In this document: piece after piece, positions 47,267 through 56,462 of the stretch | How the letters are laid out: each line of letters opens with the position of its first letter | How positions within the stretch are numbered: the first letter of the stretch is position 1 | DNA from: Candidatus Omnitrophota bacterium | GTDB lineage: Bacteria > Omnitrophota > Gorgyraeia > Gygaellales > Profunditerraquicolaceae | Direction of reading: 5' to 3' | DNA length: 64,000 nt | Assembly (NCBI GenBank): GCA_050012075.1 | Contig: JBEKHW010000002.1 | Location: forward strand, 126,889-190,888 | Translations under genes and position numbers: made by a program | Notes under the pieces: model-generated | Database searches by the model: none | What the model was told of the DNA's origin: nothing | The model's input: only the letters and a program-made list of their open reading frames with translations

Positions 47267-47292
47267 TGTGCCTTCGTAGGCATATGAATATG

Positions 47293-47321
47293 TTGACAGG
47301 GGTGGGGATGTAAGTTATAAT
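47293..47321 (+). promoter_or_regulatory. consensus sigma70 promoter of recA
   Basis: ttgaca - 17 nt - tataat, 42 nt upstream of the recA ATG. RBS ggagg. Confidence 0.65.
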
Positions 47322-47363
47322 ATAAACTTTCAAAAGCATTAAATAATATAACTGGAGGCAAAA

Positions 47364-48395
47364 ATGACCGTAGAAAAGAAATCTGTAATCAAAGAAGATA
47401 GCCGCCACTTATCCGACCGCCAAAAGGCGTTGGAATTGGCGCTTTCCCAGATTGAGAAACAGTTTGGAAAAGGTTCAATTATGAAATTGGGTTCGGAAGT
47501 GAAAGTCGACGTTGAGACTATTTCCACGGGCGCGCTTACCCTCGATATAGCATTGGGGGTAGGGGGCCTGCCGCGGGGCAGGGTAATTGAAATATTCGGC
47601 CCGGAGGCATCCGGAAAGACAACTGTTACTTTAACGGCTATACGGGAGATTCAGAAAAAAGGAGGCGTCGCTGCTTTTATCGATGCAGAACATGCCTTTG
47701 ATTCCACTTATGCCAAGATAATAGGCGTGAATCTGGATGACTTGCTTATTTCTCAGCCGGACACCGGCGAACAGGCACTGGAGATCGCAGAGACACTCGT
47801 GCGTTCTAATGCCGTTGACCTTGTGGTAATTGATTCGGTGGCAGCGCTTACCCCTAGGGCCGAGATTGAAGGAGAAATGGGCGATACGCATGTGGGGTTA
47901 CAGGCGCGGCTTATGTCGCAGGCATTAAGAAAATTGACTGGCGCTATAAGCAAATCACGCACCTGCGTAATTTTTATCAACCAGATCAGAGAGAAAATAG
48001 GGGTAATGTTTGGTTCTCCGGAGACCACTCCCGGCGGCAGGGCGCTTAAATTCTATTCTTCGGTAAGGCTGGACGTAAGGAGGATCGGTTCTTTGAAAGA
48101 GGCAGAAGTCGTCATCGGCGGCAGGGTGAGGGTCAGGGTAGTAAAAAATAAAGTAGCTCCTCCTTTTAGAGAGGGAGAGTTTGACATACTCCACAATGAA
48201 GGCATTTCTAAGACAGGGGCTGTGGTAGATGCCGCTATTAATTCCGGCGTAGCCACTAAGTCGGGAACATGGCTTTCATTCGGCGAAGAAAAACTAGGAC
48301 AGGGAAGAGACGCGGCAATTAAGCTCCTAAAAGAGAAACCAAAGTTGCAGGAAGAATTGGAAAAAGAAGTAAGAAAAAAATCCGGCCTATCCTGA
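47364..48395 (+). CDS. recA: recombinase RecA
   Basis: Motifs [16 protein letters not shown] and [24 protein letters not shown]. 343 aa. Confidence 0.95.
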   Translation: MTVEKKSVIKEDSRHLSDRQKALELALSQIEKQFGKGSIMKLGSEVKVDVETISTGALTLDIALGVGGLPRGRVIEIFGPEASGKTTVTLTAIREIQKKGGVAAFIDAEHAFDSTYAKIIGVNLDDLLISQPDTGEQALEIAETLVRSNAVDLVVIDSVAALTPRAEIEGEMGDTHVGLQARLMSQALRKLTGAISKSRTCVIFINQIREKIGVMFGSPETTPGGRALKFYSSVRLDVRRIGSLKEAEVVIGGRVRVRVVKNKVAPPFREGEFDILHNEGISKTGAVVDAAINSGVATKSGTWLSFGEEKLGQGRDAAIKLLKEKPKLQEELEKEVRKKSGLS

Positions 48396-48401
48396 TAAAA
48401 G

Positions 48402-48881
48402 GTGCAAAGTAAAGAGGAAGTATCCCAGAAGGCAAGGGCGTATGCTTTTCTACTGCTTAAATTCAGGCTGCGTAGCGAGCAAGAATTATACAGCCGGCTT
48501 AAGAGAAAGAAATTTCCCGAGCAGGTAATTGATTCAACGTTAAAGTTTCTAAAAGAGAAGAATTTCATAGACGACAGGGTTTTTGCTTCTGCCTGGACCC
48601 GGGCTAGGCTTAAAAGGCCGTTTGGGATAAGAAGAATAACCCAGGAGTTAGCCCTAAAAGGCGTTCCAAAAGATATTGTCCAGGATACTCTGTTAGGTAT
48701 AAAGGACAATTATTCCGAAACACAGATTGTTCAAAATTTAGCAAAGGAGAAGCTGGAAAAATTAAAAGGATACGAACCGATCAAGGCAAGAAATAGGGTA
48801 AACGCCTACCTTTTACGCCGCGGTTTCTCTCCTGAGACAGTATACGATGTGTTGAGTAAACTATGCAAGCAGACCTATTAA
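48402..48881 (+). CDS. recX: RecA regulator RecX
   Basis: GTG start 7 nt after recA, preceded by aaaagg. Helical repeat protein of about 160 aa with an AYAFLLLKFR..SEQELYSRL start. Conserved recA-recX linkage. Confidence 0.65.
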   Translation: MQSKEEVSQKARAYAFLLLKFRLRSEQELYSRLKRKKFPEQVIDSTLKFLKEKNFIDDRVFASAWTRARLKRPFGIRRITQELALKGVPKDIVQDTLLGIKDNYSETQIVQNLAKEKLEKLKGYEPIKARNRVNAYLLRRGFSPETVYDVLSKLCKQTY

Positions 48882-51487
48882 GGAAAAAATTCCTCGATTT
48901 CTTTAAAGCAAAAAAACACCGGATAGTGGAAAGTGATTCTCTGGTGCCCAAGGACGACCCTACGGTACTTTTTACCCCTGCCGGTATGAACCAGTTCAAG
49001 AAAGAATTCCTTGGTTTTGACGCGGGGTTTAAGCGCGCAGCCACTTCTCAGCGCTGCCTGCGTACTGATGACTTGGATAAAGTCGGAAAGACGGCGGTAC
49101 ATCACACTTTCTTTGAGATGCTGGGAAATTTTTCCTTCGGGGATTATTTTAAGAAAGAAGCGATCTCCTGGGCGTGGGAATTCTTAACCGTAGATTTAAA
49201 AATAAATCCGGATAAACTCTGGGTATCGGTTTACCATGAAGATGAGGAAGCGTATAAAATCTGGAAAGACCTGATTAAGGTCCCTGTCAAAAAAATTGTT
49301 AAATTAGGTGATAAGGAAAATTTTTGGCCGGCAGAGGCAAAAACCAAAGGCCCTAACGGCCCTTGCGGCCCCTGTTCAGAAATATTCTTTGATTTCGGAG
49401 AAGATGTCGGCTGCAAAGAAAAGGCCTGTGACCCTTCCTGCAACTGCGGAAGGTTTGCGGAAATCTGGAATCTGGTTTTCACCCAGTTTAACCGTAAAGA
49501 GGGAGGTGTATTAGAGACCCTGCCGAATAAAAATATAGATACCGGTATGGGCCTGGAGAGATTAGCGGCAGTAATGCAGGGTAAGAAAAATAATTTTGAA
49601 ACAGAATTGTTCCGGCCTCTGATTATGGAGATAAGTTCAGGCGCCAAGGACCAGGGTAAGAACGATAAAAAGATAATTTATGCGGTTAGTGATCATTTGC
49701 GCGCGATTGTTTTCGCAATTTATGACGGTGTCATGCCTTCAAATGAGGCAAGGGGGTATGTCATCCGTAAATTAATCCGTAAATGCAGTATGCACCTGCG
49801 CGCCCTGGGGATTAAAAAGCCGTTTCTTTATAAGTTAGTGCCGGTATTGGCAGAAATTATGCGAGAGTCTTACCCGGAGCTCAAAGACCGCCAGGAAAAT
49901 ATTGCTCAAATTATTCTTTCAGAAGAAAAAGGTTTTCTCTCTACGCTTAATTCAAGCGACAGTTTGTTCAAGAATAAATTTAAAGAAGTAGCTATAAAAG
50001 AGGATCCGGAGAAGGCAGGAGAACTTACTTTCCAGCTTTATGATACTTACGGCATTCCTTTTGAATTAACCAGTGATTGGCTGGAAAAAAATAAAATAAA
50101 AATCTCAATCGATGTTTTCCGGAGGGAATTAGAGAAGCAGAAAACACGCTCTCAGTTGCAGAGCGTGATGAAGGGGGATGTTTTTGATATCAAAGACCTG
50201 CATCTGGGAGCCAAAGCCACGAAATTTCTAGGTTATGCGCAGCACGAAGTAAAAGCTAAAATTATAAAAATTGTTAAGGATCAGGCAGTAGTTAAGAAGA
50301 TTTCTAAGGGTGAGAAGACAAGAATCATCCTTGACCAAACTCCCTTTTATCCCGAGAGCGGAGGCCAGGTTGCCGATACCGGGGAATTCATCAAAGGGAA
50401 AAATATTTTTCAGGTCCAAAATACTAAAAAATTTGATAAAGTGATTGTGCATACGGGTATTGTAAAAGAAGGGGCTTTTAAGGCGGGAGATCTGGTTTTA
50501 GCTAAAATTGATTTAGCGCGTAGGCTTGCAATTGCCCGTAACCATACCGCCACGCACCTTTTACAGGCAGCCTTACGCAAAATTTTAGGTAAGCACGTTA
50601 AACAACAGGGATCTTTGGTTGCCGAAGATAGATTACGTTTTGATTTTACCCATTTCCAGGATGTTAAAGAAGAGGAATTAGCCCGGGTGGAAGAAGAAGT
50701 AAATAACTATATTTTGGATAACCATACCCTGAAGGCTAAAGAAATGACTTTGAGTATGGCAAAAAAGACCGGCGCATTGGCGTTCTTCGGGGAGAAGTAT
50801 GGCGATAAGGTGCGTGTCGTAGAAATCAGCGACTTATCCAAGGAATTTTGCGGGGGTACCCACCTTGATGCTACAGGCCAGATCGGCCTTTTTAAGATAC
50901 TGCAGGAGGGCTCGGTTGCAAGCGGGGTAAGGAGGATAGAAGCAACCACAGGAAAGTCCGCCTATCAAAAGATAAAAGAAGAGGAAGCTGCTATCAGCGA
51001 TATTGTTTCTGATTTAGGTGTCCCGGCAGATAGAATAGCAGAAGAGGTAGAAAAAAGAATCAACCGGATAAAAGATTTAGAAAAGGCTTTGAACTTGGAG
51101 AGATCGCAAATAGCTACACAGCAAACAGATGAATTAAAAGATAAAGCCGAGAATATAAATGGAGTTGATTGTATTCTTTATTTGCGGGATAATCTCGATA
51201 TGGATTTTTTAAGAAAACATGTGGATTTGCTTAAAGCCAAGAAAGACAGTAACACTCTTATTGCCCTGGGTGCTAATAACAACGGAAGCGCGTTACTGGT
51301 TATTGGTATTACAAATGATTTAGTCCAGAAGGGATTAGACGCCTCAATTTTAATCAGGGAGGCAGCTAAATTCATAGGCGGCAGCGGCGGAGGCAGAAAA
51401 GATTTTGCCCAGGCAGGAGGGGATAATCCCCAGGGGCTTACCCAGGCATTTGAGGCCATAAAATCGTTTATAGGGAAAATAAAATGA
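48863..51487 (+). CDS. alaS: alanine--tRNA ligase
   Basis: 874 aa. N-terminal FLDFFKAKKH..V.S.SLVP, the HxxxH editing-domain motif (HTATHLL), and a C-terminal DHHA1-like domain (GGSGGG). Confidence 0.95.
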   Translation: MQADLLRKKFLDFFKAKKHRIVESDSLVPKDDPTVLFTPAGMNQFKKEFLGFDAGFKRAATSQRCLRTDDLDKVGKTAVHHTFFEMLGNFSFGDYFKKEAISWAWEFLTVDLKINPDKLWVSVYHEDEEAYKIWKDLIKVPVKKIVKLGDKENFWPAEAKTKGPNGPCGPCSEIFFDFGEDVGCKEKACDPSCNCGRFAEIWNLVFTQFNRKEGGVLETLPNKNIDTGMGLERLAAVMQGKKNNFETELFRPLIMEISSGAKDQGKNDKKIIYAVSDHLRAIVFAIYDGVMPSNEARGYVIRKLIRKCSMHLRALGIKKPFLYKLVPVLAEIMRESYPELKDRQENIAQIILSEEKGFLSTLNSSDSLFKNKFKEVAIKEDPEKAGELTFQLYDTYGIPFELTSDWLEKNKIKISIDVFRRELEKQKTRSQLQSVMKGDVFDIKDLHLGAKATKFLGYAQHEVKAKIIKIVKDQAVVKKISKGEKTRIILDQTPFYPESGGQVADTGEFIKGKNIFQVQNTKKFDKVIVHTGIVKEGAFKAGDLVLAKIDLARRLAIARNHTATHLLQAALRKILGKHVKQQGSLVAEDRLRFDFTHFQDVKEEELARVEEEVNNYILDNHTLKAKEMTLSMAKKTGALAFFGEKYGDKVRVVEISDLSKEFCGGTHLDATGQIGLFKILQEGSVASGVRRIEATTGKSAYQKIKEEEAAISDIVSDLGVPADRIAEEVEKRINRIKDLEKALNLERSQIATQQTDELKDKAENINGVDCILYLRDNLDMDFLRKHVDLLKAKKDSNTLIALGANNNGSALLVIGITNDLVQKGLDASILIREAAKFIGGSGGGRKDFAQAGGDNPQGLTQAFEAIKSFIGKIK

Positions 51488-51567
51488 ACCCCGCACCTTC
51501 TTTTGATTCACTGCATAAGAAGGCGGGGGTATAAATAAAGTGTTTGAATAGGGAAGAAGGTGAAGGG

Positions 51568-52794
51568 GTGAATATCATACGTTTCGGCAGCAAAAAATTA
51601 GAACAACTTTATAACCGTTCAATAAACCGGCAGAAGCACGTAATCGAGAAGGTAAAGAGGATTATTGATGATGTGCGCCTGCTCGGTGATGAAGCATTAC
51701 TGAAATATACCAGGAAATTCGACGGGATAAAGTTGCCGATGCGCCAGTTAAAGGTATCACAAATTGAAATCAGCGGAGCTTACCAGAATATAAGCCCTAA
51801 TTTTATTCCCAGTCTCAAGGTGATTATTGAAAATGTAAACAGGTTTTATCGTAAGACCCTGAAGAAATCCTGGAGGATAAACGACAGGGAGGGAGCTGTT
51901 TTAGGAGAAAATTATACGCCTTTAGAGAGAGTCGGTATATATATCCCGGCAGGTACGGCACCCCTGGTTTCTACGGTATATATGACGGTGTTGCCGGCCC
52001 GGCTTGCCGGAGTCAAAAAGATAGTGCTGATAAGCCCTCCGGATAAACATGGAGCGATAAATCCGCACATACTGGTAGTTGCCGACCTGTTAAAGGTAGA
52101 TGAGATTTACCGTGTAGGCGGTGCGCAGGGTATTGCCGCATTGGCATACGGCACCAAGACCATCCCGCGGGTAGATAAGATTGTAGGCCCCGGTAACGTC
52201 TATGTAAGCGAGGCAAAGCGCCAGGTATTCGGTATCGTAGATATAGATATGGTTGCCGGCCCCACGGAGCTTGTTATAATTGCTAACCGTCTTAGCGACC
52301 CGAAGTTTATTATCGCTGACCTTAAAGCGCAGTCAGAGCACAGTAAGGGGCTGGCTATCCTGATTACTAATTCTAAGAGCCTGGCAAAGGAAGTGAAGAT
52401 GAAGCTTACAGGTGAAAACGGCTATATCATTTTGACAAAGAACTTAGAGCAGGCAGTGGATATCTCCAATAAAATCGCGCCAGAGCATCTTGAGATCCTG
52501 GTGAATAATCCGCAAAGGCTCTTAAAGTGCGTAAAGAATGCCGGAGCTGTATTTTTGGGGCCTTACAGCCCTACTGCGGTCGGAGACTATGTAGCCGGGC
52601 CAAGCCACGTTTTACCTACTCACGGAACAGCCAGATTTTTCTCCGGACTTTCAGTTACTGATTTCATGAAGAGTATCCATGTCATAAGTTATTCCAGGAA
52701 GGCGCTGGAGAAGGCAAGGGAGCCGTTGGAAAAAATTGCTACCATAGAAGGCCTGACTAAGCATCTGGATTCTGTTAAAGCAAGATTTTTATAA
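51568..52794 (+). CDS. hisD: histidinol dehydrogenase
   Basis: Motifs GIYIPAGTAPLVSTV, GGAQGIAALAYG, QSEHSKG, VGDYVAGPSHVLPT. Start placed at GTG 51568 (aaggtg RBS). TTG 51544 is an alternative. Confidence 0.85.
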   Translation: MNIIRFGSKKLEQLYNRSINRQKHVIEKVKRIIDDVRLLGDEALLKYTRKFDGIKLPMRQLKVSQIEISGAYQNISPNFIPSLKVIIENVNRFYRKTLKKSWRINDREGAVLGENYTPLERVGIYIPAGTAPLVSTVYMTVLPARLAGVKKIVLISPPDKHGAINPHILVVADLLKVDEIYRVGGAQGIAALAYGTKTIPRVDKIVGPGNVYVSEAKRQVFGIVDIDMVAGPTELVIIANRLSDPKFIIADLKAQSEHSKGLAILITNSKSLAKEVKMKLTGENGYIILTKNLEQAVDISNKIAPEHLEILVNNPQRLLKCVKNAGAVFLGPYSPTAVGDYVAGPSHVLPTHGTARFFSGLSVTDFMKSIHVISYSRKALEKAREPLEKIATIEGLTKHLDSVKARFL

Positions 52795-52818
52795 GATAAG
52801 TTTTATCGGGAGAAAAAG

Positions 52819-53421
52819 ATGAGAGAGGCTACCAAGACAAGAAAAAGTAAAGAAACTGACATCACTATAAAACTGAATATCGACGGTAGTGGGATGGCGA
52901 AAATTGATTCCGGTATAGGTTTTCTAGACCATATGCTGGAGTTATTTGCTTTTTGGGGGCATTTTGATCTTGAAGTTACTACCAAAGAAGCAGATTTAAA
53001 AGTGGATATTCACCATACAAATGAAGATTTAGGGATTGTTTTAGGACAGGCTTTTAAAGAAGCCCTGGGGGATAAGGTAGGGATTAAAAGAAATGGCTTC
53101 GCTTCATTTATCATGGAAAGTGTAACTGCAAATGTAACTGTGGATATTAGCGGTAGGGCATTTTTTAGTTGGCCTCTTACAGGTGCTGGAGTTCGCGAAG
53201 ATACAAAGGAGGGCTATGATTTTGAATATGCAGCACATTTCTTAGATGCGTTTAGCAAAACTTTAGGTATGAATTTAAATATAGTCATTGCCGGAAGCAG
53301 CCCCGACTTACATACGACTCTGGAGCCTATCTTTAAGGCCTTAGGTAAAGCTTTAGACGAGGCCACCCAGATCGATCCCCGTCGTAAAGGCGTGCCCTCT
53401 ACAAAAGGCGTGATTGACTGA
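52819..53421 (+). CDS. hisB: imidazoleglycerol-phosphate dehydratase
   Basis: Motifs RKSKETDITIKLNIDGSG, IGFLDHMLE, DIHHTNEDLGIVLGQA. 200 aa. Confidence 0.85.
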   Translation: MREATKTRKSKETDITIKLNIDGSGMAKIDSGIGFLDHMLELFAFWGHFDLEVTTKEADLKVDIHHTNEDLGIVLGQAFKEALGDKVGIKRNGFASFIMESVTANVTVDISGRAFFSWPLTGAGVREDTKEGYDFEYAAHFLDAFSKTLGMNLNIVIAGSSPDLHTTLEPIFKALGKALDEATQIDPRRKGVPSTKGVID

Positions 53422-54055
53422 TATGATTGCGATTATTGATTACGGTATGGGTAATATTCATAGCGTAAATAAAGCCCTTCAACTTTATGGCGCCGAAACT
53501 ATCGTCACCAATGACCCTGGAGAAATTTCGAAATCAGAAAAGATAGTCTTGCCCGGAGTAGGTGCTTTTGATGATGCCATGCATGAACTTACAGGCCGCG
53601 GGCTTGTTTCTGCCATTAAGAAAGAAATAAAATCAGGAAAGCCGCTTTTAGGGATTTGCCTGGGGATGCAGTTGTTATTTGAGGAAAGCCAGGAAGCAAA
53701 GAAGGCAAAGGGCTTGAGTATACTTAAAGGAACGGTAAGAAAATTTAAAGAAACAAATGGATTAAAGGTGCCGCACATGGGTTGGAACCAGCTTAAAAAG
53801 TCACAAAGTCACAAAGTCACAAAGTCACACGAATGTCCCCTATTAAAAAATGTGCCGGACGGTTCCTATGTATATTTCTGCCATTCATATTATCCTCGGC
53901 CTTTAGATAAAAGTACTGTTGCTGCTGTTACAGATTATGGGATAGATTTCACTTCTGTTGTATGGAAAGATAATGTATACGGGGTGCAGTTTCATCCGGA
54001 GAAAAGCCAGAAAATCGGCCTTAAGATTATAGAAAATTTTCTTTCATTATGTTAA
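53414..54055 (+). CDS. hisH: imidazole glycerol phosphate synthase, glutamine amidotransferase subunit HisH
   Basis: Motifs IAIIDYGMGNIHSV, LPGVGAF, GICLGMQLL, VPHMGWNQL, GVQFHPEKS. Confidence 0.85.
   Translation: MTDMIAIIDYGMGNIHSVNKALQLYGAETIVTNDPGEISKSEKIVLPGVGAFDDAMHELTGRGLVSAIKKEIKSGKPLLGICLGMQLLFEESQEAKKAKGLSILKGTVRKFKETNGLKVPHMGWNQLKKSQSHKVTKSHECPLLKNVPDGSYVYFCHSYYPRPLDKSTVAAVTDYGIDFTSVVWKDNVYGVQFHPEKSQKIGLKIIENFLSLC
53797..53828 (+). repeat. 8-nt tandem repeat (aaagtcac x4) inside hisH coding sequence
   Basis: aaagtcac aaagtcac aaagtcac aaagtcac encodes KSQSHKVTKSH, inserted after the conserved HMGWNQL motif. Confidence 0.8.
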
Positions 54056-54765
54056 TAATACCAGCTTTGGATTTAAAAGACGGGCATGTCGTAAGGTACG
54101 TACAGGGAAGGCGCGATAAAAAAGTTTATTCGCAAGACCCTATAAAAACAGCAAAACATTGGGTAAGGGCAGGGGCGAAGTTTTTGCATGTAGTTGACCT
54201 TGATGGCGCATTTACCGGAGTGATAAAGAATTTAGATACAGTAAAAGAAATTGCGCGCTCGGTAGATGTGCCTGTAGAATTCGGCGGTGGTGTAAGGAAT
54301 TTAGCGGTTATCGAAGAGCTATTGAAAGCCGGCATAAAGCGAGTAGTCCTGGGCACAAGGGCGATAGAGGACAGCTCTTTCCTGAAAAAGGCCTTTGATA
54401 AATTCAAGGAAAAAATCATCGTGAGCCTTGACGCAAAAGGAGAGAATCTCCTGATAGAGGGATGGAAGAATTCCGATAAGGAAAGGAATATAGCTCTTTT
54501 TGCAGGGGCGTTAAAGAAGATGGGTTTTAAGGAAGTGATTTATACCGATGTCATGAAAGACGGTACTCTTTCCGGCCCGAATATAAAAAGCATAAAAACA
54601 TTGCTAAAAAAGACGGGCTTACATATAATTGCTTCAGGCGGAATATCCAGGTTGGAGGATATCTTTAAACTAAAGAAGTTGGAGAAGGAAGGCCTTAGTG
54701 GAGCAATCATCGGTAAGGCCCTTTATGAAGGCAGGTTTACCTTAACTCAAGCACTACAGATTTAA
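54049..54765 (+). CDS. hisA: 1-(5-phosphoribosyl)-5-[(5-phosphoribosylamino)methylideneamino]imidazole-4-carboxamide isomerase
   Basis: IIPALDLKDGHVVR, VVDLDGA, and a (beta/alpha)8 barrel. 238 aa. Confidence 0.85.
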   Translation: MLIIPALDLKDGHVVRYVQGRRDKKVYSQDPIKTAKHWVRAGAKFLHVVDLDGAFTGVIKNLDTVKEIARSVDVPVEFGGGVRNLAVIEELLKAGIKRVVLGTRAIEDSSFLKKAFDKFKEKIIVSLDAKGENLLIEGWKNSDKERNIALFAGALKKMGFKEVIYTDVMKDGTLSGPNIKSIKTLLKKTGLHIIASGGISRLEDIFKLKKLEKEGLSGAIIGKALYEGRFTLTQALQI

Positions 54766-54905
54766 AAGTCGTGGTTAAACTAAAGCTCCGCGCTACATGC
54801 GGATTAATTCGCAGACGCTTATAGGCGAATAAGATAACAGACGCTATAACTTATGTCGCTATTACATAGCTCCATAAGTTATCTGCTCATTAAAAGGAGG
54901 GAGAG

Positions 54906-55364
54906 ATGTTGAAAAGGTTATTAGGTGTTTTTGTTCTTACCGCGTTTGTTTTTACCCTGACCGGTTGCGCGACTGCGCGTAAACAGCGGGACGAAATACA
55001 GGGGTTACGAAACCAGGTTTCGGCTATGGAATCACAGTTACAGGCAAAGGACCAGGAAATAGGTAGTTTAAAAGCAGCTTTAGATAAGTCAGAACAAGAG
55101 AAAACCACTGAAGTCGTAGTTGAAAAAACAAAAAAGGTAAAAAAGATTATTCCTGAAGTAAAATCCAGGCCCCATGGCAAACAGATACAGGTTGCGCTTA
55201 AAAACGCCGGTTATTACACAGGAAAAATAGACGGCAGAATAGGCAAGCAAACAAAGGAAGCCATAAAAGCATTTCAGGCCGCCAATAATCTGAAAGCCGA
55301 CGGAAAGATGGATAAGGAAACCTGGAATTTGCTTAGCGAACATCTTTACAAAAAAGTCAAATAA
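54906..55364 (+). CDS. lipoprotein with C-terminal peptidoglycan-binding (PGBD-like) domain
   Basis: Signal peptide plus lipobox LTGC. Central coiled coil. C-terminal AGYYTGKIDGRIGKQTKEAIKAFQAANNLKADGKMDKETWNLL is a putative PG-binding fold. Confidence 0.55.
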   Translation: MLKRLLGVFVLTAFVFTLTGCATARKQRDEIQGLRNQVSAMESQLQAKDQEIGSLKAALDKSEQEKTTEVVVEKTKKVKKIIPEVKSRPHGKQIQVALKNAGYYTGKIDGRIGKQTKEAIKAFQAANNLKADGKMDKETWNLLSEHLYKKVK

Positions 55365-55367
55365 GTA

Positions 55368-56123
55368 ATGCTTGCAAAGCGGATAATCCCCTGCCTGGAT
55401 ATTAAAGACGGCAGGGTGGTAAAAGGAGTGAAATTCTTAGGGCTACGCGATGCCGGAGACCCGGTGGAGGTAGCCAAGCTCTATGACCGGGAAGAAGCCG
55501 ATGAGCTGGTTTTTCTGGATATAACCGCGAGTTTAGAGAAACGCAAAACCCTTTTTAGCCTGGTTGAGGAGATAGCCAAAAATATTTTTCTTCCCTTTAC
55601 CGTAGGCGGAGGAGTATCCGATATAAGCGATATAAGGAGCCTTCTTAACGCCGGAGCGGAAAAGGTCTCTATCAATACCCAGGCGGTAAGATTCCCGGAT
55701 TTAATTGAGGAGGCATCCAGAAAATTCGGCAGCCAGTGCATTGTTGTCGCTATCGATGCCAAGAAAAATAATGACAGCTGGCAGGTATATATCAACGGCG
55801 GAAGGACTCCGGTAGAAATGGATGCCGTAAAATGGGCAAAAAAAGCCGGAGAATTAGGTGCAGGCGAGATACTCCTTACCAGTATGGATTATGACGGCAC
55901 AAAAGACGGCTTTGACATGCCGCTTACCGCGGCAGTGACCGGCGCAGTAAAAATACCGGTAATTGCCTCGGGAGGCGCAGGGAGCTTGGAGCATTTTTAT
56001 TCTGTTTTAACCAAAGCCGGAGCAGACGCGGCATTAGCCGCCTCGCTTTTTCATTATCAGGAATATTCGGTAAAAGAAGTAAAGGCGTATCTTAAGGAAA
56101 GAGGGGTGCCAGTCCGTTTATGA
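55368..56123 (+). CDS. hisF: imidazole glycerol phosphate synthase cyclase subunit HisF
   Basis: Motifs [39 protein letters not shown]. Confidence 0.9.
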   Translation: MLAKRIIPCLDIKDGRVVKGVKFLGLRDAGDPVEVAKLYDREEADELVFLDITASLEKRKTLFSLVEEIAKNIFLPFTVGGGVSDISDIRSLLNAGAEKVSINTQAVRFPDLIEEASRKFGSQCIVVAIDAKKNNDSWQVYINGGRTPVEMDAVKWAKKAGELGAGEILLTSMDYDGTKDGFDMPLTAAVTGAVKIPVIASGGAGSLEHFYSVLTKAGADAALAASLFHYQEYSVKEVKAYLKERGVPVRL

Positions 56124-56455
56124 AAAAGAAGAAAAGGATAAATTTAAGCGCTCTTAAGTTTGATGCCGCTGGGCTTATCCCGGCGATTATACAGGATTAT
56201 AAAACAGGAAAGGTCCTTATGTTGGCATATATGAATAAAGGGTCGCTAAAGAAGACTTTTAAGCTCGGTAAGACCTGTTTCTGGTCGCGTTCCCGCAAGG
56301 AATACTGGGTAAAAGGGGTGACCTCCGGCCACTTCCAATTCGTAAAATCCATTGCTTATGATTGCGACCTGGATGCCCTCTTGATTAAAGTGCGCCAGGT
56401 AGGCGTTGCCTGCCACACAGGAAACCATAGTTGTTTTTACAGGAGATTAAAGTAA
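56120..56455 (+). CDS. hisI: phosphoribosyl-AMP cyclohydrolase
   Basis: 111 aa. Motifs [42 protein letters not shown]. Confidence 0.8.
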   Translation: MKKKKRINLSALKFDAAGLIPAIIQDYKTGKVLMLAYMNKGSLKKTFKLGKTCFWSRSRKEYWVKGVTSGHFQFVKSIAYDCDLDALLIKVRQVGVACHTGNHSCFYRRLK

Positions 56456-56462
56456 GATAAAG

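Noticed and set aside
46980-47290. GC-rich region considered as RNase P RNA, tmRNA, SRP RNA or a tRNA
   Set aside because: None of the universal motifs (GGAAAGUCC for RNase P, the tRNA-like GGUUCGAnUCC T-loop, the tmRNA 5'-GGGG...3'-CCA ends, the SRP GGAA/AGCA domain IV pattern) could be found on either strand. It is kept only as an unexplained structured region.
48053-48709. 218-aa minus-strand ORF
   Set aside because: Antisense to recA/recX, with serine/leucine-rich low-complexity translation typical of antisense frames of highly expressed genes.
51488-51543. Possible terminator after alaS (ccccgcaccttctt...aagaaggcggggg)
   Set aside because: The stem is imperfect (one-base bulge) and no T-tract follows. 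It is too weak to call as a feature.
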